Of a stretch of 64,000 nucleotides of DNA, positions 11,101 through 20,113 are shown one piece after another. Each line of letters starts with the position of its first letter. Within the stretch, counting starts at the first letter, position 1. The position numbers were made by a program, and so were the translations under genes. The DNA comes from Gemmatimonadales bacterium. Lineage in GTDB: Bacteria > Gemmatimonadota > Gemmatimonadetes > Gemmatimonadales > GWC2-71-9. The stretch covers positions 8,567 to 72,566 of the forward strand of contig JBFJCP010000026.1 in NCBI GenBank assembly GCA_041615815.1. The letters are read 5' to 3'. The notes beneath the pieces are model-generated. The model did not search any database. It worked only from the letters and a program-made list of their open reading frames with translations, and was not told where the DNA came from.

Positions 11101-11318
11101 ATGGCGCGGAGGGAATCGTGACGGACGGAGCCAAAGAGCTGTTTGGCGACCTTTCGGCGCGGTGGGCGCGACATGAGGCACAGCTCGAGGGGTTACTCGA
11201 TCCCCGGCTGGCGGGCTTCAACCAGTTGATCGCCGAGCAGGGAATCCCGGCGGTTATCGTGCCACAGCCCGCTCAGCGTGCCACGACGACGGCGGCTCCC
11301 GAGAGCGAGCCCCGTTAG
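8148..11318 (+). CDS. Secreted VPS10/sortilin-like BNR-repeat beta-propeller protein (putative glycosyl hydrolase)
   Basis: Signal peptide; WRNIGPYRGGRS; repeated Asp-box S.D.G.TW motifs. Confidence 0.88.
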   Translation: MMHEAKRLAKFCVAILLGSGTALNAQEMQLDPSLYQSMEWRNIGPYRGGRSVAVAGVTSKPLVYYFGGVGSGVWKTTDAGQTWSNVSDSTFGTSSVGALAVAPSDPNVIYVGMGEHAVRGVATSYGDGVYKSTDAGKTWRHMGLRETRHVAAVVVHPTNADLVYVAAQGAVHGPTEHRGVYRSKDGGATWERVLYLNETTGASALSMDRTNPRILYAGTWDHLRRPWEVRSGGPGSGIHKSTDGGDTWTRLTNGFPELMGKTSVSVSADPERVYALVEADPGGGVFRSDDGGTSWKNINDNWTLRARAWYYIHIHADPQNADVVWIMNAPLMKSIDGGKSFTRVRTPHGDNHALWINPTNSEYLINGNDGGANVSLNGGTTWSTQQNQPTAQFYRVNTDNRFPYYVYGGQQDNSSVAIVSRTSGRGIGWKDWYAVAGCESAYVAFDPDNPARNYGGCYMGQIEEFDEAIRESHNVMAYPFLPAALASRDIKYRFNWNAPIVVSQHDPRVIYHAGNVLLKSTNRGRSWEEISPDLTRDDDAKQGPGGSPITNEGAGGEIYGTIMYVAESPHDAATIWTGSDDGLVQVTRDGGRNWANVTPRDMPEGMVNAIDVSPHDPAVVYVAFTRYKFNDFTPHIYKSRDYGQSWTRIVKGIAPDAFVRVVREDPKRRGLLYAGTETGLYVSWNDGADWQSLQLGMPITPITDLKIQGQHNDLVAATQGRGFWILDDLSPLQQMNLRIARSPVHLFEPRDAYRMAGGGGFQFPMANAGKNPPAGAIVDVYLTNASDSITVTMDVLDPAGAVIRTYSTDREATTDSSSVIKVKQGHNRLSWDLRYETLENVPKLYTWGSLRGHRVAPGTYQIRVSQGDVSVTVPVSVRRDPRVDATDADFRDQDRFIARVSAELSAIHQGVIRLQQVRAQVEDLMERTKDAAAGKPVGDAGKHLVADLTALEDSLVQKRVADGQTVINFPSRLRFQYVYLRGAVDGAEGIVTDGAKELFGDLSARWARHEAQLEGLLDPRLAGFNQLIAEQGIPAVIVPQPAQRATTTAAPESEPR

Positions 11319-11334
11319 GGAAGGTGGCGCTGCC

Positions 11335-12177
11335 ATGCCGCACTGGTCATCAATTGTGTTTGTCATACTCGGCGGCGCCGTGTTTGGTGCGCCCCTCATG
11401 GGTCAGGGTGTGACCAAGTTCGTCCGCTATCACCATGAAGAACGGACGTCGTACGGGGTGCTGGAGGGCGAGAACGTTCACCAGCTGGAGGGCGATCTCT
11501 TCGCCTCCCCCCGGAAGAGCGGGCGCTCTGTCCCGTTGAACGCGGTCCGCCTTTTGGCGCCCGTGGAGCCGTCGAAGGTCCTCGCCATCGGTCGTAACTT
11601 TCGAAGCCACCTCGCCGGTCGTCCCATTCCCAGCGCTCCGGGGGTGTTCGTCAAGTTGCCGACGTCCGTGATCGGGCCCGGGGAAGCGATCGTCATTCCC
11701 GCTGATGCCCAGGACCTACACTACGAGGGCGAGTTGGTGATCGTGATCGGGAAGCGGGCCAAAAACGTTACGGTCGAGGACGCACTGGACTATGTCTTTG
11801 GGGTAACGGCCGGCAACGATGTGACCGAGCGAACCTGGCAGGATACAGACCTGCAATGGGCACGCGCCAAGGGGGCAGACACCTTCGCGCCACTCGGCCC
11901 CGCGATCGTCCGCGGTGTGGACTACGGTACGTTATTGATCCAAACTCGGGTAAACGGCGAGCTCAAGCAGTCAGAGCGCGCCAAAGACTTGATTTACGAC
12001 ATTCCGACGCTTGTCAGCTACATCAGTCGCTACATCACGCTGCTCCCGGGTGACGTGATCTTCACCGGCACACCGGGCTCGACCAGCGCGCTTGCACCCG
12101 GCGACGTGGTGGAAGTAGAGGTGGAGGATGTCGGTATCCTCCGGAATCCGGTGAAAGCGGCGACCGCGCGCCCCTAG
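11335..12177 (+). CDS. Fumarylacetoacetate hydrolase family protein with N-terminal signal-like sequence
   Basis: HYEGELVIVIG, GNDVTER, KGADTFAPLGP, LLPGDVIFTGTPG. Confidence 0.9.
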   Translation: MPHWSSIVFVILGGAVFGAPLMGQGVTKFVRYHHEERTSYGVLEGENVHQLEGDLFASPRKSGRSVPLNAVRLLAPVEPSKVLAIGRNFRSHLAGRPIPSAPGVFVKLPTSVIGPGEAIVIPADAQDLHYEGELVIVIGKRAKNVTVEDALDYVFGVTAGNDVTERTWQDTDLQWARAKGADTFAPLGPAIVRGVDYGTLLIQTRVNGELKQSERAKDLIYDIPTLVSYISRYITLLPGDVIFTGTPGSTSALAPGDVVEVEVEDVGILRNPVKAATARP

Positions 12178-12222
12178 ATGATGGGTGACCCCGTCCCCCG
12201 TCTTGCCAACTCTATCCGCGTT

Positions 12223-12651
12223 CTACTCCCCGATGTCGATATCGGGATCGATGACGACGACGTTGGTGTCACCGCCGACGACACACCACAGGGTGATGTT
12301 ATAGCGGTAGCGGCCAGACGCTCCCGGCACCATGTCGGCCGCCCGGGCCGGGTTGGTCTTGGTTCCGCGCCGCGGAGCCTGTTGCGTAAATGGCCAGCGG
12401 CCGGTCTTGGGCGTGATCTCGAGCGAATCCGAGCTGGCGTTTCCCTGCAGATTCCATTCGATATCGTCGCCGCGGGCGAGCCTGGCACGCCACGGGCGCA
12501 CGGACACGTTGATGGCGCCGTTGGCCGAACATCGAATATCGACGTTTACGGTCACGGTAGCCTCGCCGTCCGCCGAGCCGAGGTCGGTGCCACCGAGCGC
12601 CACCGTTGCGATGCCGAGGGCAGCAACCACCAGGATGGGAAGGGAGCGCAT
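12223..12651 (-). CDS. Small secreted hypothetical beta-rich protein
   Basis: GGAGGA RBS, hydrophobic signal peptide, two Cys, C-terminal VVIDPDIDI. Confidence 0.7.
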   Translation of the reverse strand: MRSLPILVVAALGIATVALGGTDLGSADGEATVTVNVDIRCSANGAINVSVRPWRARLARGDDIEWNLQGNASSDSLEITPKTGRWPFTQQAPRRGTKTNPARAADMVPGASGRYRYNITLWCVVGGDTNVVVIDPDIDIGE

Positions 12652-12806
12652 GAATCCTCCGCCGATTGGGGATAGTGGCGCTAGGTTGTAGGGCGAGACG
12701 CCGCTTCGCAAGGGGTCACAAGCTCTCGCGTGGTGGATCTCGCCAGTCCATCTTTAGGCATCGGCAATTGTTTGTTCCATCACCTTACCCACTCGTGACC
12801 TGACGA

Positions 12807-15251
12807 ATGGCCGACGAATCGATTCGTTCATCACAGAGCACTTTCGGATCGGAAGCCTCGGAGGTCATGGAGCATCCGGAGCGCATCGGTACCTACCGGA
12901 TCCTCCAGATCTTGGGCGAGGGGGGGATGGGTCTCGTCTATGAGGCGGAGCAAACCGAGCCGGTGGTTCGGCGCGTAGCGCTAAAAGTCATGAAGCCCGG
13001 TCTCGATACCAGGCAAGTCCTGGCCCGCTTCGAGGCCGAGCGGCAAGCACTGGCCGTCATGGATCATCCCAACATCGCCAAGGTGCTGGATGCCGGGGTG
13101 ACGGAGGCCGGACGGCCGTACTTCGTGATGGAGTTGGTGAAAGGCATCCCCCTCAACGATTATTGTGACTCCTTCAAGCTCTCCACCCGTGCCCGTCTCG
13201 TACTGTTCGTCGAGATCTGCCGGGCGGTGCAGCATGCGCATCAAAAAGGTGTCATTCACCGAGATCTCAAGCCGTCGAACATCCTCGTCAGCGAGCAGGA
13301 CGATCGGCCCGTCCCCAAAATCATCGATTTTGGGGTTGCCAAAGCCATCTCCCAACCGCTGACGGAACGCACGCTCGTGACCGAACACGGGCGGGCCATT
13401 GGCACGCCGGCCTACATGAGTCCCGAGCAGGCAGGTCTGTCCGGCTTGGACATCGATACGCGGACTGACATTTACTCACTGGGCGTCATTCTCTACGAGT
13501 TGTTGGTGGGCAGTCTCCCCGTCGAGCCCCGCGAGGTGGGGGGCATGCCCGAGTTCTTTGCGCAGCTCGTGATGCGGGAGACGGATCCCCCGACGCCGAG
13601 TGCCCGCTTCACGAGTCTGGTGGGACACCAACAGTCCGTGGCGGAATTCCGCCACACCGATCCCAAGTCGCTGATTCGCGAGCTGAGGGGCGATTTGGAC
13701 TGGATCGTGATGAAAGCGATGGAGAAGGAGCGGGCGAGGCGGTATGAGACGGCTAATGGGCTCGCGATGGACATCGAGCGACATCTGCAAGAAGAGCCCG
13801 TGTTGGCCCGGCCGCCGAGCGCTGCCTACCGCCTCTCCAAGTTCGTCGCGCGGAACCGAAGCGGGGTTGTTGCCGCGGCGATCGTCGCCATCGCGTTGGC
13901 AGGTGGTGCCGTTGCGGCCACGGTGGGTATGGTTCGGGCCACGCGTGCCGAGGCCGCGACCGCACGCGAAGCTGAGGCACTACGGCAAGTGTCGGGTTTT
14001 CTCGTTGGGCTGTTCGCGGTCAACGATCCCAGTGAGGCGCGCGGCAATTCGGTGACCGCCCGTGAGCTGTTGGACAAAGCGGCGGAACGGATCGATGTGG
14101 AGCTGGCGGAGCAGCCACAGGTGCAGGCGCGCCTCATGCTCACGATGGGAGAGGCGTACCAAAGCCTCGGCTTATACGATCGGGCCGCTCCCATGCTCGA
14201 GCGTGGGTTGGCGGTACGGGAAAATGTACACGGCGAAGACCACCTCCAGGTGGCGGAAGGACTCTTCATGCTCGCCGAGCTCTTCCGGAAGCAAGGGAAA
14301 TACGACGAGGCAGAACGTCTCTACCAGCGGGCCATGGCCATCCAGGAAGCGCGGCTCGGCCCCGCCGCTCCGGCACTGGCCGCCACGCTCGGTGGGCTCG
14401 GAACCGCGTACGTGTCGCAAGGGAAGTTTGATGAGGCGGAGCCACTCCTGGAGCGAGCGCTGGCCATCCGCGAGGACGCCTTCGCACCCGACCATACGGA
14501 TGTCGGAAGTAGCCTTGGAGCGCTGGGAAGCCTGTACACCCGGCAAGGGCGCTACGCGGAAGCCGACTCCATGTTCAGCCGGGAACTCGTGATTCGGGAG
14601 AAGGCGTTCGGTCCGGATCATCCCGACGTGGCGTACACGCTCAGCGATCTCGGTGGTGTCCGGTGGCTCCAAGGCAATCTCGAGGATGCGGACCGCTTCT
14701 TCCGACGATCGCTCGATATCCGGACGCGCATGCTGGGTCCTGACCACCCTGAGTTGGGTTCCATCCTCAACAACCTCGGGGTGCTGGCATGGACGCGGGG
14801 AGAGTATCGCGAAGCAGCTGGGCTGTACCAGCGAGCGCTGGACATCTATGCGAAGGCGCTCGGTCCGAACCATATTCGTGTAGCTGGCGCGCTCAATAAC
14901 ATTGCCGAGACGCATTGGAAGCTCGGGAACGTCGCCGAGGGAGAGCAATACTTCCGCCGTGCGCTGGCCATCAAGGAGGGGATACTCGAGCCCCTCCACC
15001 CCTCCTTGGCCATTACGCTCAACGGCCTCGCGAATCTGTACCGGGACGCCGGGCGCTATGCAGATGCAGCGCCGCTGTACCGGCGAGCGCTCTCGATTCG
15101 TGAGACGACTCTCGGCGCCACCGACCGTCACGTCATCGAAACGCTGTCCGATTGGGCTACCATGCTTCGGGCATCAGGTCAGGCCTCTGCGGCGGATTCG
15201 CTCCAAGCCCGGATCGATTCCATCAAGATGGAAACGGAGGGCGGATCGTGA
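12807..15251 (+). CDS. Ser/Thr protein kinase with TM segment and kinesin-light-chain-type TPR repeats
   Basis: GEGGMGLV, VALKV, HRDLKPSN, DFG, GTPAYMSPEQ; repeats such as RALAIRE..GPDHPDVA..L. Confidence 0.93.
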   Translation: MADESIRSSQSTFGSEASEVMEHPERIGTYRILQILGEGGMGLVYEAEQTEPVVRRVALKVMKPGLDTRQVLARFEAERQALAVMDHPNIAKVLDAGVTEAGRPYFVMELVKGIPLNDYCDSFKLSTRARLVLFVEICRAVQHAHQKGVIHRDLKPSNILVSEQDDRPVPKIIDFGVAKAISQPLTERTLVTEHGRAIGTPAYMSPEQAGLSGLDIDTRTDIYSLGVILYELLVGSLPVEPREVGGMPEFFAQLVMRETDPPTPSARFTSLVGHQQSVAEFRHTDPKSLIRELRGDLDWIVMKAMEKERARRYETANGLAMDIERHLQEEPVLARPPSAAYRLSKFVARNRSGVVAAAIVAIALAGGAVAATVGMVRATRAEAATAREAEALRQVSGFLVGLFAVNDPSEARGNSVTARELLDKAAERIDVELAEQPQVQARLMLTMGEAYQSLGLYDRAAPMLERGLAVRENVHGEDHLQVAEGLFMLAELFRKQGKYDEAERLYQRAMAIQEARLGPAAPALAATLGGLGTAYVSQGKFDEAEPLLERALAIREDAFAPDHTDVGSSLGALGSLYTRQGRYAEADSMFSRELVIREKAFGPDHPDVAYTLSDLGGVRWLQGNLEDADRFFRRSLDIRTRMLGPDHPELGSILNNLGVLAWTRGEYREAAGLYQRALDIYAKALGPNHIRVAGALNNIAETHWKLGNVAEGEQYFRRALAIKEGILEPLHPSLAITLNGLANLYRDAGRYADAAPLYRRALSIRETTLGATDRHVIETLSDWATMLRASGQASAADSLQARIDSIKMETEGGS

Positions 15252-15349
15252 TAACACCGTGGTCATCCTCGGCAGTGTTCCGTCGACATCCAGCACGCTG
15301 TCCTCTGCGCTCGCGCCGCCCGCCCTCGGTGCCCTGACTCCAGATCCGC

Positions 15350-16384
15350 TTGTCTCTCCCTGATTTCATTCGCTCGATGCCAAAGGTGGAGCTGCACGTG
15401 CATCTCGAGGGCTCCATCCAGCCGGAGACGTTGCTCGAGCTCGCGCGCCGACACCACGTGTCCCTCCCCGCTGACACGGTCCAAGGAATTCGTGATTGGT
15501 ATCGATTTACGGACTTCGATCATTTTGTCGAGATCTACTTGACGGTCTCCGCGTGTGTGAGAACGGTGGCGGATGTCGAACTCGTTGCGCGGGAGTTTTT
15601 GATCGGTCAAGCGAAGCAGAACATCAAGTACAGCGAGGTCACCTATACCGCGGTCACGCATTACCTGCAGAAGCAGCTCCCGTTCGACGATCAGCTGGCG
15701 GCGCTCAACCGAGCACGGGAATGGGCGGAGCGGGAGCTGGGCGTGCAAATGGGTTTGGTGATCGATATTCCGCGCAACCTCCCCGCCACCTATGGGCCAA
15801 TGATCGCGGACTGGGCCATCGCCGGAATGCAGGATGGGGTCGTTGCATTTGGGCTGGGTGGTCCCGAGGTGGGGAATCCGCCCGAGAAATTCGCGGATGC
15901 GTTCGAGCGAACACACGCCGCGGGGCTGCCGAGCGTTCCGCACGCCGGCGAGACGGAGGGGCCTGCGAGCATCTGGGGTGCCCTACAGCGGCTGAACGCC
16001 GTGCGGATTGGCCACGGCATACGCTGTTTGGAAGATCCGGCGCTCGTCCACGAGCTTCGTACGCGACAGATTCCGCTCGAAGTCTGTCCCACGAGCAACG
16101 TATGTCTCGGCGTCGCGCCAAGCATCGAAGAGCACCCCCTTCCACGTCTGCTCGAGGCAGGCCTGTACGTCACGCTGAACTCGGACGATCCTCCGATGTT
16201 CAACACGACGCTGACAGACGAGTATCTCGTCTGCGCGAGCGCCTTTGGTTTCGACAACGCGGTCGCGGAGCGTTTTGTCATCAGTGGTGTGCGGGCGTCG
16301 TTTTTGGCGCCCCAAGATCGCGAAGCGCTCGAGTCGACCATCGCAAGCGAGTTCACGCGGCTTCGAGCGACGTTCGCCGGCTAA
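15350..16384 (+). CDS. add: Adenosine deaminase
   Basis: PKVELHVHLEGS, HAGE, RIGHG, EVCPTSN, NSDDPPMF. Confidence 0.93.
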   Translation: MSLPDFIRSMPKVELHVHLEGSIQPETLLELARRHHVSLPADTVQGIRDWYRFTDFDHFVEIYLTVSACVRTVADVELVAREFLIGQAKQNIKYSEVTYTAVTHYLQKQLPFDDQLAALNRAREWAERELGVQMGLVIDIPRNLPATYGPMIADWAIAGMQDGVVAFGLGGPEVGNPPEKFADAFERTHAAGLPSVPHAGETEGPASIWGALQRLNAVRIGHGIRCLEDPALVHELRTRQIPLEVCPTSNVCLGVAPSIEEHPLPRLLEAGLYVTLNSDDPPMFNTTLTDEYLVCASAFGFDNAVAERFVISGVRASFLAPQDREALESTIASEFTRLRATFAG

Positions 16385-16400
16385 CGCTTTCTTCACCAGT

Positions 16401-16644
16401 CTCCTTGCGTACTACGACTCCGCGCAGGTGCTCGAGCGGCGACGCGCCACGCTACCGGCCGAGCCCACGGTTCCATGGCGAGCTGGGTCTGGCGTACGCG
16501 GGTCTCGGACGGCGAGCTGACGCGATCCGCGACGCGCAGGCCGCCGTGGATCTGCTCCCCGTTTCCAAGAATGCAATGTTCGGCATCGATTGGATTAATC
16601 TGGCGACCGCTGCGGGGTCACGAAGGCGCTTCGAGGGGTGGTGA
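16401..16644 (+). pseudogene. Frameshifted remnant of a TPR tail typical of kinase-TolB-TPR proteins
   Basis: AYYDSAQVLE...AEP in one frame, then one extra base near 16467, then RFHGELGLAYAGLGRRADAIRDAQAAVDLLPVSKNA in the next frame; no start codon. Confidence 0.6.
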
Positions 16645-16692
16645 CTACGGACGGCTAAGCCGGCTCAATCGACCAGGTCTGCAGTCCCTCGC

Positions 16693-17163
16693 TCACTCGC
16701 AGATGTAGCAGAACCCCGTCCCATCCACCGCTTCCGGCACGTCGCGCTCGGCGTTCACCAGGCACAGAAACCCGAATGGTTCGGCCGCGTCGGGAGGATT
16801 GCGAAATTGATGCGGGTCGCCGGGTGCCACATAGACGACGTCCCCAAAGCCCACCGCGTAGAGGTAGCAGCCGAACTGGACTTCGCCGTGGCCACGAATC
16901 GGGATGACCACGTGTTCATGCTCGTGTTTCTCGAGCGTGCTGTATCCCCCCGGTGCGATCTCGAAGTACCGCACGTGAAACCGTTGCGATTCGCCTCGCT
17001 TGCCTGAGAGCTCGCGGCGCGTGATGCCCTTCCACGTGTCTGTGGTTTCCTTGTAGGGCTCGAGTGGGATGTCCTTCCAGGAGAAATCGCCTCGATGCCG
17101 GATCACTTTGCTGTGGTTACCGGTAAGGGGTGGGTGCGGGGGATGCTTGCTCGGCGCGGTCAT
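16693..17163 (-). CDS. Cupin domain protein
   Basis: RYFEIAPGGYSTLEKHEHEH and GDVVYVAPGDPHQF cupin motifs; C-terminal CYICE. Confidence 0.88.
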   Translation of the reverse strand: MTAPSKHPPHPPLTGNHSKVIRHRGDFSWKDIPLEPYKETTDTWKGITRRELSGKRGESQRFHVRYFEIAPGGYSTLEKHEHEHVVIPIRGHGEVQFGCYLYAVGFGDVVYVAPGDPHQFRNPPDAAEPFGFLCLVNAERDVPEAVDGTGFCYICE

Positions 17164-17294
17164 GCGGCCTCGGTCTGTCACGTGGCGTCACGAAAAGTAA
17201 TACATCATCGGAAGCCACGAACCGGTCACGGTCTGGCCACGCTATCCCTACCCGGGCCAATCGCGTAGCTTTTGTCCCGTTCTCGCAAGGAGCG

Positions 17295-17591
17295 ATGGTG
17301 TCGGACGAGAAACCGCGGTTGGGGCCGTTTCTTCGCCACTACGGGCGGGAGGAGAAGAAGAGTCTTCGTGAGCGCCTGACTGAGGTCGCCCTCATCATCG
17401 GGGCCGTGGTCGGTTTCCTCATCGTGCTGGCAGGGGTGATGTGGAGCTTTTTCCGGTTCCCCATCGCTACCTTCATCGGGTTGGTCGTCGTCTGGGGAGT
17501 CGGCTTCCTCGTATTGAGGGTCAAACGGCAGCGGGCGAAAGCACAAGAGCGCGCGCTTCGCGACGCCCAGCTGCGAGATCGCGACCGGTAG
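17295..17591 (+). CDS. Small two-TM membrane protein
   Basis: AAGGAG RBS, two hydrophobic helices, basic C-terminal tail. Confidence 0.7.
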   Translation: MVSDEKPRLGPFLRHYGREEKKSLRERLTEVALIIGAVVGFLIVLAGVMWSFFRFPIATFIGLVVVWGVGFLVLRVKRQRAKAQERALRDAQLRDRDR

Positions 17592-17695
17592 CCCTGGCCT
17601 AGAAGCGCCAGCAAGCTCCTGGCCTCATACTCCCCAGTCCCTTCCCATCCCGGGCCCCAGCCTCAAGATTAGTGGCGCCATCCCCCGGAGGAATC

Positions 17696-20113
17696 ATGCG
17701 TGCGTTCCTGCTGATGGGGCTTACCCTCCTCCTGGCCCCGTCCCTCTCGGCGCAATGGACCCATCGGTATCCCAAGGTCGACGGCTTCCGGCACCACGTG
17801 TATCTCGAGGGCTACGAGCTTCCCACTCTCACCAGCGGACCCATCGATCCCGCACCCTCGCCCGACGGGCACACGGTCGCGTTCTCGTCACGCGGCTGGC
17901 TCTGGCTCCTCGCCCTGGAGACGGGAACGGCTCGGCGAGTAACGACCGGAGCGGCCATGGATTTTCGGCCTGCCTGGTCGCCGGCAGGAGATCGCCTGGC
18001 CTTTGTGCGAGATGACGGGTCGGACACGTGGATCGTGATCCTCGACCTCGCAACCGGTGAGGAGATCGTGGCCGTCAACACCCCCGCCATCGATCTCGAT
18101 CCGGCATTCGCACCGGATGGGGCCTCGCTCTACTACGCCTCGGCCGCGGCGGGCGACATCGATCTCTGGCGTCTCGACCTCGCCGAGGAAACGACGACGC
18201 GCGTCACGAGGGACCGGGGCATCGAGCTCAAGCCGCAGCCGCATCCCGATGGTGTCCGGGTCCTCTTCCTGGCCAAGGCTGGTCCCAACGACATTCGCTT
18301 GCTCGACACCCCGTCGGGCGAGCAGACGGTGCTCCAGACCGAGCGCATCGTCTCCATGACCCGACCGACCCTGAGCCCAGACGGTGCGCTCGTCGCGTAC
18401 AACTGGCCCACACAGGCACGCTACGAACTGAGGCTCCTTGCGCTGGACGACCCCGGCACGTCGGTGATGCTGACAGCGTCCGCGGGGCTTCCGCTTACGC
18501 CCGCGTGGAGCGCGGACGGACGATCGATCTATTTCGCGGAAGCGGACGACCGAGAGGTCATGGCACTCAAGCGGATCGACCGGGGCGGAGGAGCGGTCGA
18601 GGTCATCCCGGTGCGCCGTTGGGACTGGGGGGAACCCACCGCGGTTGTCCGAATCGCCACATACGTCAATGGGGCATCGAGGCCCGCACCAACGCGGTTG
18701 AGTGTGGTGGACGGGAACGGGCATCCGGCTGTTCCCTCAGCGTCTCAGAGCCGCTTTGACGGACAAAACGGGCGGGTATTCTTCTATTCGCCGGGGGTCG
18801 TCGAGATCACCGTGCCGGCCGGTTCGGTCACCGTGTCCGCGGTGCAGGGCATTACGACGCCAGAAGTGACCGTGACAGCGCAGGTGGACGCAGGTGAGGT
18901 GCGCGACATGGCCCTCACGCTCGAGGCCGTCTGGGATCCACGGGATGCCGGATGGATCTCGGGCGATCACCATTTCCATCTGAACTACGGCGGTCAGTAT
19001 CGACTCACGCCGGACGATCTGTTGCCGATGCTCGAAGCCGAGGCGCTCGACGTGGCGACGCCCCTTTTGGCCAATCTCCACAACCGATTCGAAGACCAAC
19101 ATCTCTGGAGCTGGCAGCACGCCCGGCGTCCGCTCGTGCAATTTGGCCAAGAGGTCCGGTCCCATTTCCTCGGCCATCTCGGCTTGATTGGAATTCGCGA
19201 GCTGTTCTGGCCGTGGATCTGGGGGCCGGGGTATCAGGTGTATGGTACGGACGATCGGCCCAACACCGTGCCGCTCGATCACGCGCACTCGCAAGGCGGC
19301 ATGGCGATCTACGTGCATCCGTTTGGTAGCGGCGACCCCTTTTCGCCCGAGGGGATGCTGCGTGTCCCCGTGGAGCTGGTAGTGGACGGTGTGCTGGGTG
19401 ACATGGACCTCCTCGAGGTTGCCTGCCTCTGGAGTGACGAATTGGGAACGAGCGAACTGTGGTATCGCATGCTCAACCTGGGTGTGCCGGTGGCTCCGTC
19501 GGCTGGCACCGACGTCATGAACAACTTTTACCGCACGATGGCTGTGGGCACGACACGCGTCTATGTGCATACGGGGGGTGAGGTGAATTGGCCCACGTAC
19601 CTCGCGGCGTTGCGTAGCGGTCGTTCCTTCGTGACCACGGGTCCGCTCTTGGACTTTGCGGTGGCGGGATCGCGGCCCGGGGACGCGGTGGTCGGGCGGC
19701 GCCGCGTAGAGTGGACGCTCGATCTTCGGTCGGCGGTACCCGTGGAGCGCGCCGAAGTGCTCGTCAATGGAAGTGTCGCATGGTCGGCGACGGGCCTGGA
19801 CGCTCCCGGCACCAGGTCGTACCGAGGCACTCTCGATGTACCCGAGGGTGGGTGGGTTGCCGCGCGCGTCCACGGCGGCCCAACGGGCTGGCCCGCGATG
19901 AGCACGTACGCGTTTGCCCATACCTCGCCCGTGTGGATCGGCACCGTGGGGAGCACCGATACGGGTGCACGACGGCGGGCCGCCCGCGACCTGTTGGCGC
20001 TCCTTGACGTGCAAGAGGGGCGTCTACAGGAAGCCTACGACGGTGTCCAGATCCCGCGTCTCCAGGCACGATTCGACGAGGCGCGCGCGCGCCTCGAGCG
20101 GGCGTCGCGATGA
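17696..20113 (+). CDS. Secreted TolB-like (PD40) propeller fused to a CehA/McbA-type PHP-like metallohydrolase
   Basis: Signal peptide; PAWSP/SPDG repeats; SGDHHFH, GQEVR...GHL, YVHP, AGTD, GRSFVTTGP, FAHTSPVW. Confidence 0.85.
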   Translation: MRAFLLMGLTLLLAPSLSAQWTHRYPKVDGFRHHVYLEGYELPTLTSGPIDPAPSPDGHTVAFSSRGWLWLLALETGTARRVTTGAAMDFRPAWSPAGDRLAFVRDDGSDTWIVILDLATGEEIVAVNTPAIDLDPAFAPDGASLYYASAAAGDIDLWRLDLAEETTTRVTRDRGIELKPQPHPDGVRVLFLAKAGPNDIRLLDTPSGEQTVLQTERIVSMTRPTLSPDGALVAYNWPTQARYELRLLALDDPGTSVMLTASAGLPLTPAWSADGRSIYFAEADDREVMALKRIDRGGGAVEVIPVRRWDWGEPTAVVRIATYVNGASRPAPTRLSVVDGNGHPAVPSASQSRFDGQNGRVFFYSPGVVEITVPAGSVTVSAVQGITTPEVTVTAQVDAGEVRDMALTLEAVWDPRDAGWISGDHHFHLNYGGQYRLTPDDLLPMLEAEALDVATPLLANLHNRFEDQHLWSWQHARRPLVQFGQEVRSHFLGHLGLIGIRELFWPWIWGPGYQVYGTDDRPNTVPLDHAHSQGGMAIYVHPFGSGDPFSPEGMLRVPVELVVDGVLGDMDLLEVACLWSDELGTSELWYRMLNLGVPVAPSAGTDVMNNFYRTMAVGTTRVYVHTGGEVNWPTYLAALRSGRSFVTTGPLLDFAVAGSRPGDAVVGRRRVEWTLDLRSAVPVERAEVLVNGSVAWSATGLDAPGTRSYRGTLDVPEGGWVAARVHGGPTGWPAMSTYAFAHTSPVWIGTVGSTDTGARRRAARDLLALLDVQEGRLQEAYDGVQIPRLQARFDEARARLERASR

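Noticed and set aside
12178..12675. Plus-strand 165-aa ORF
   Set aside because: Antisense shadow of the minus-strand secreted protein, which has a clear RBS and signal peptide.
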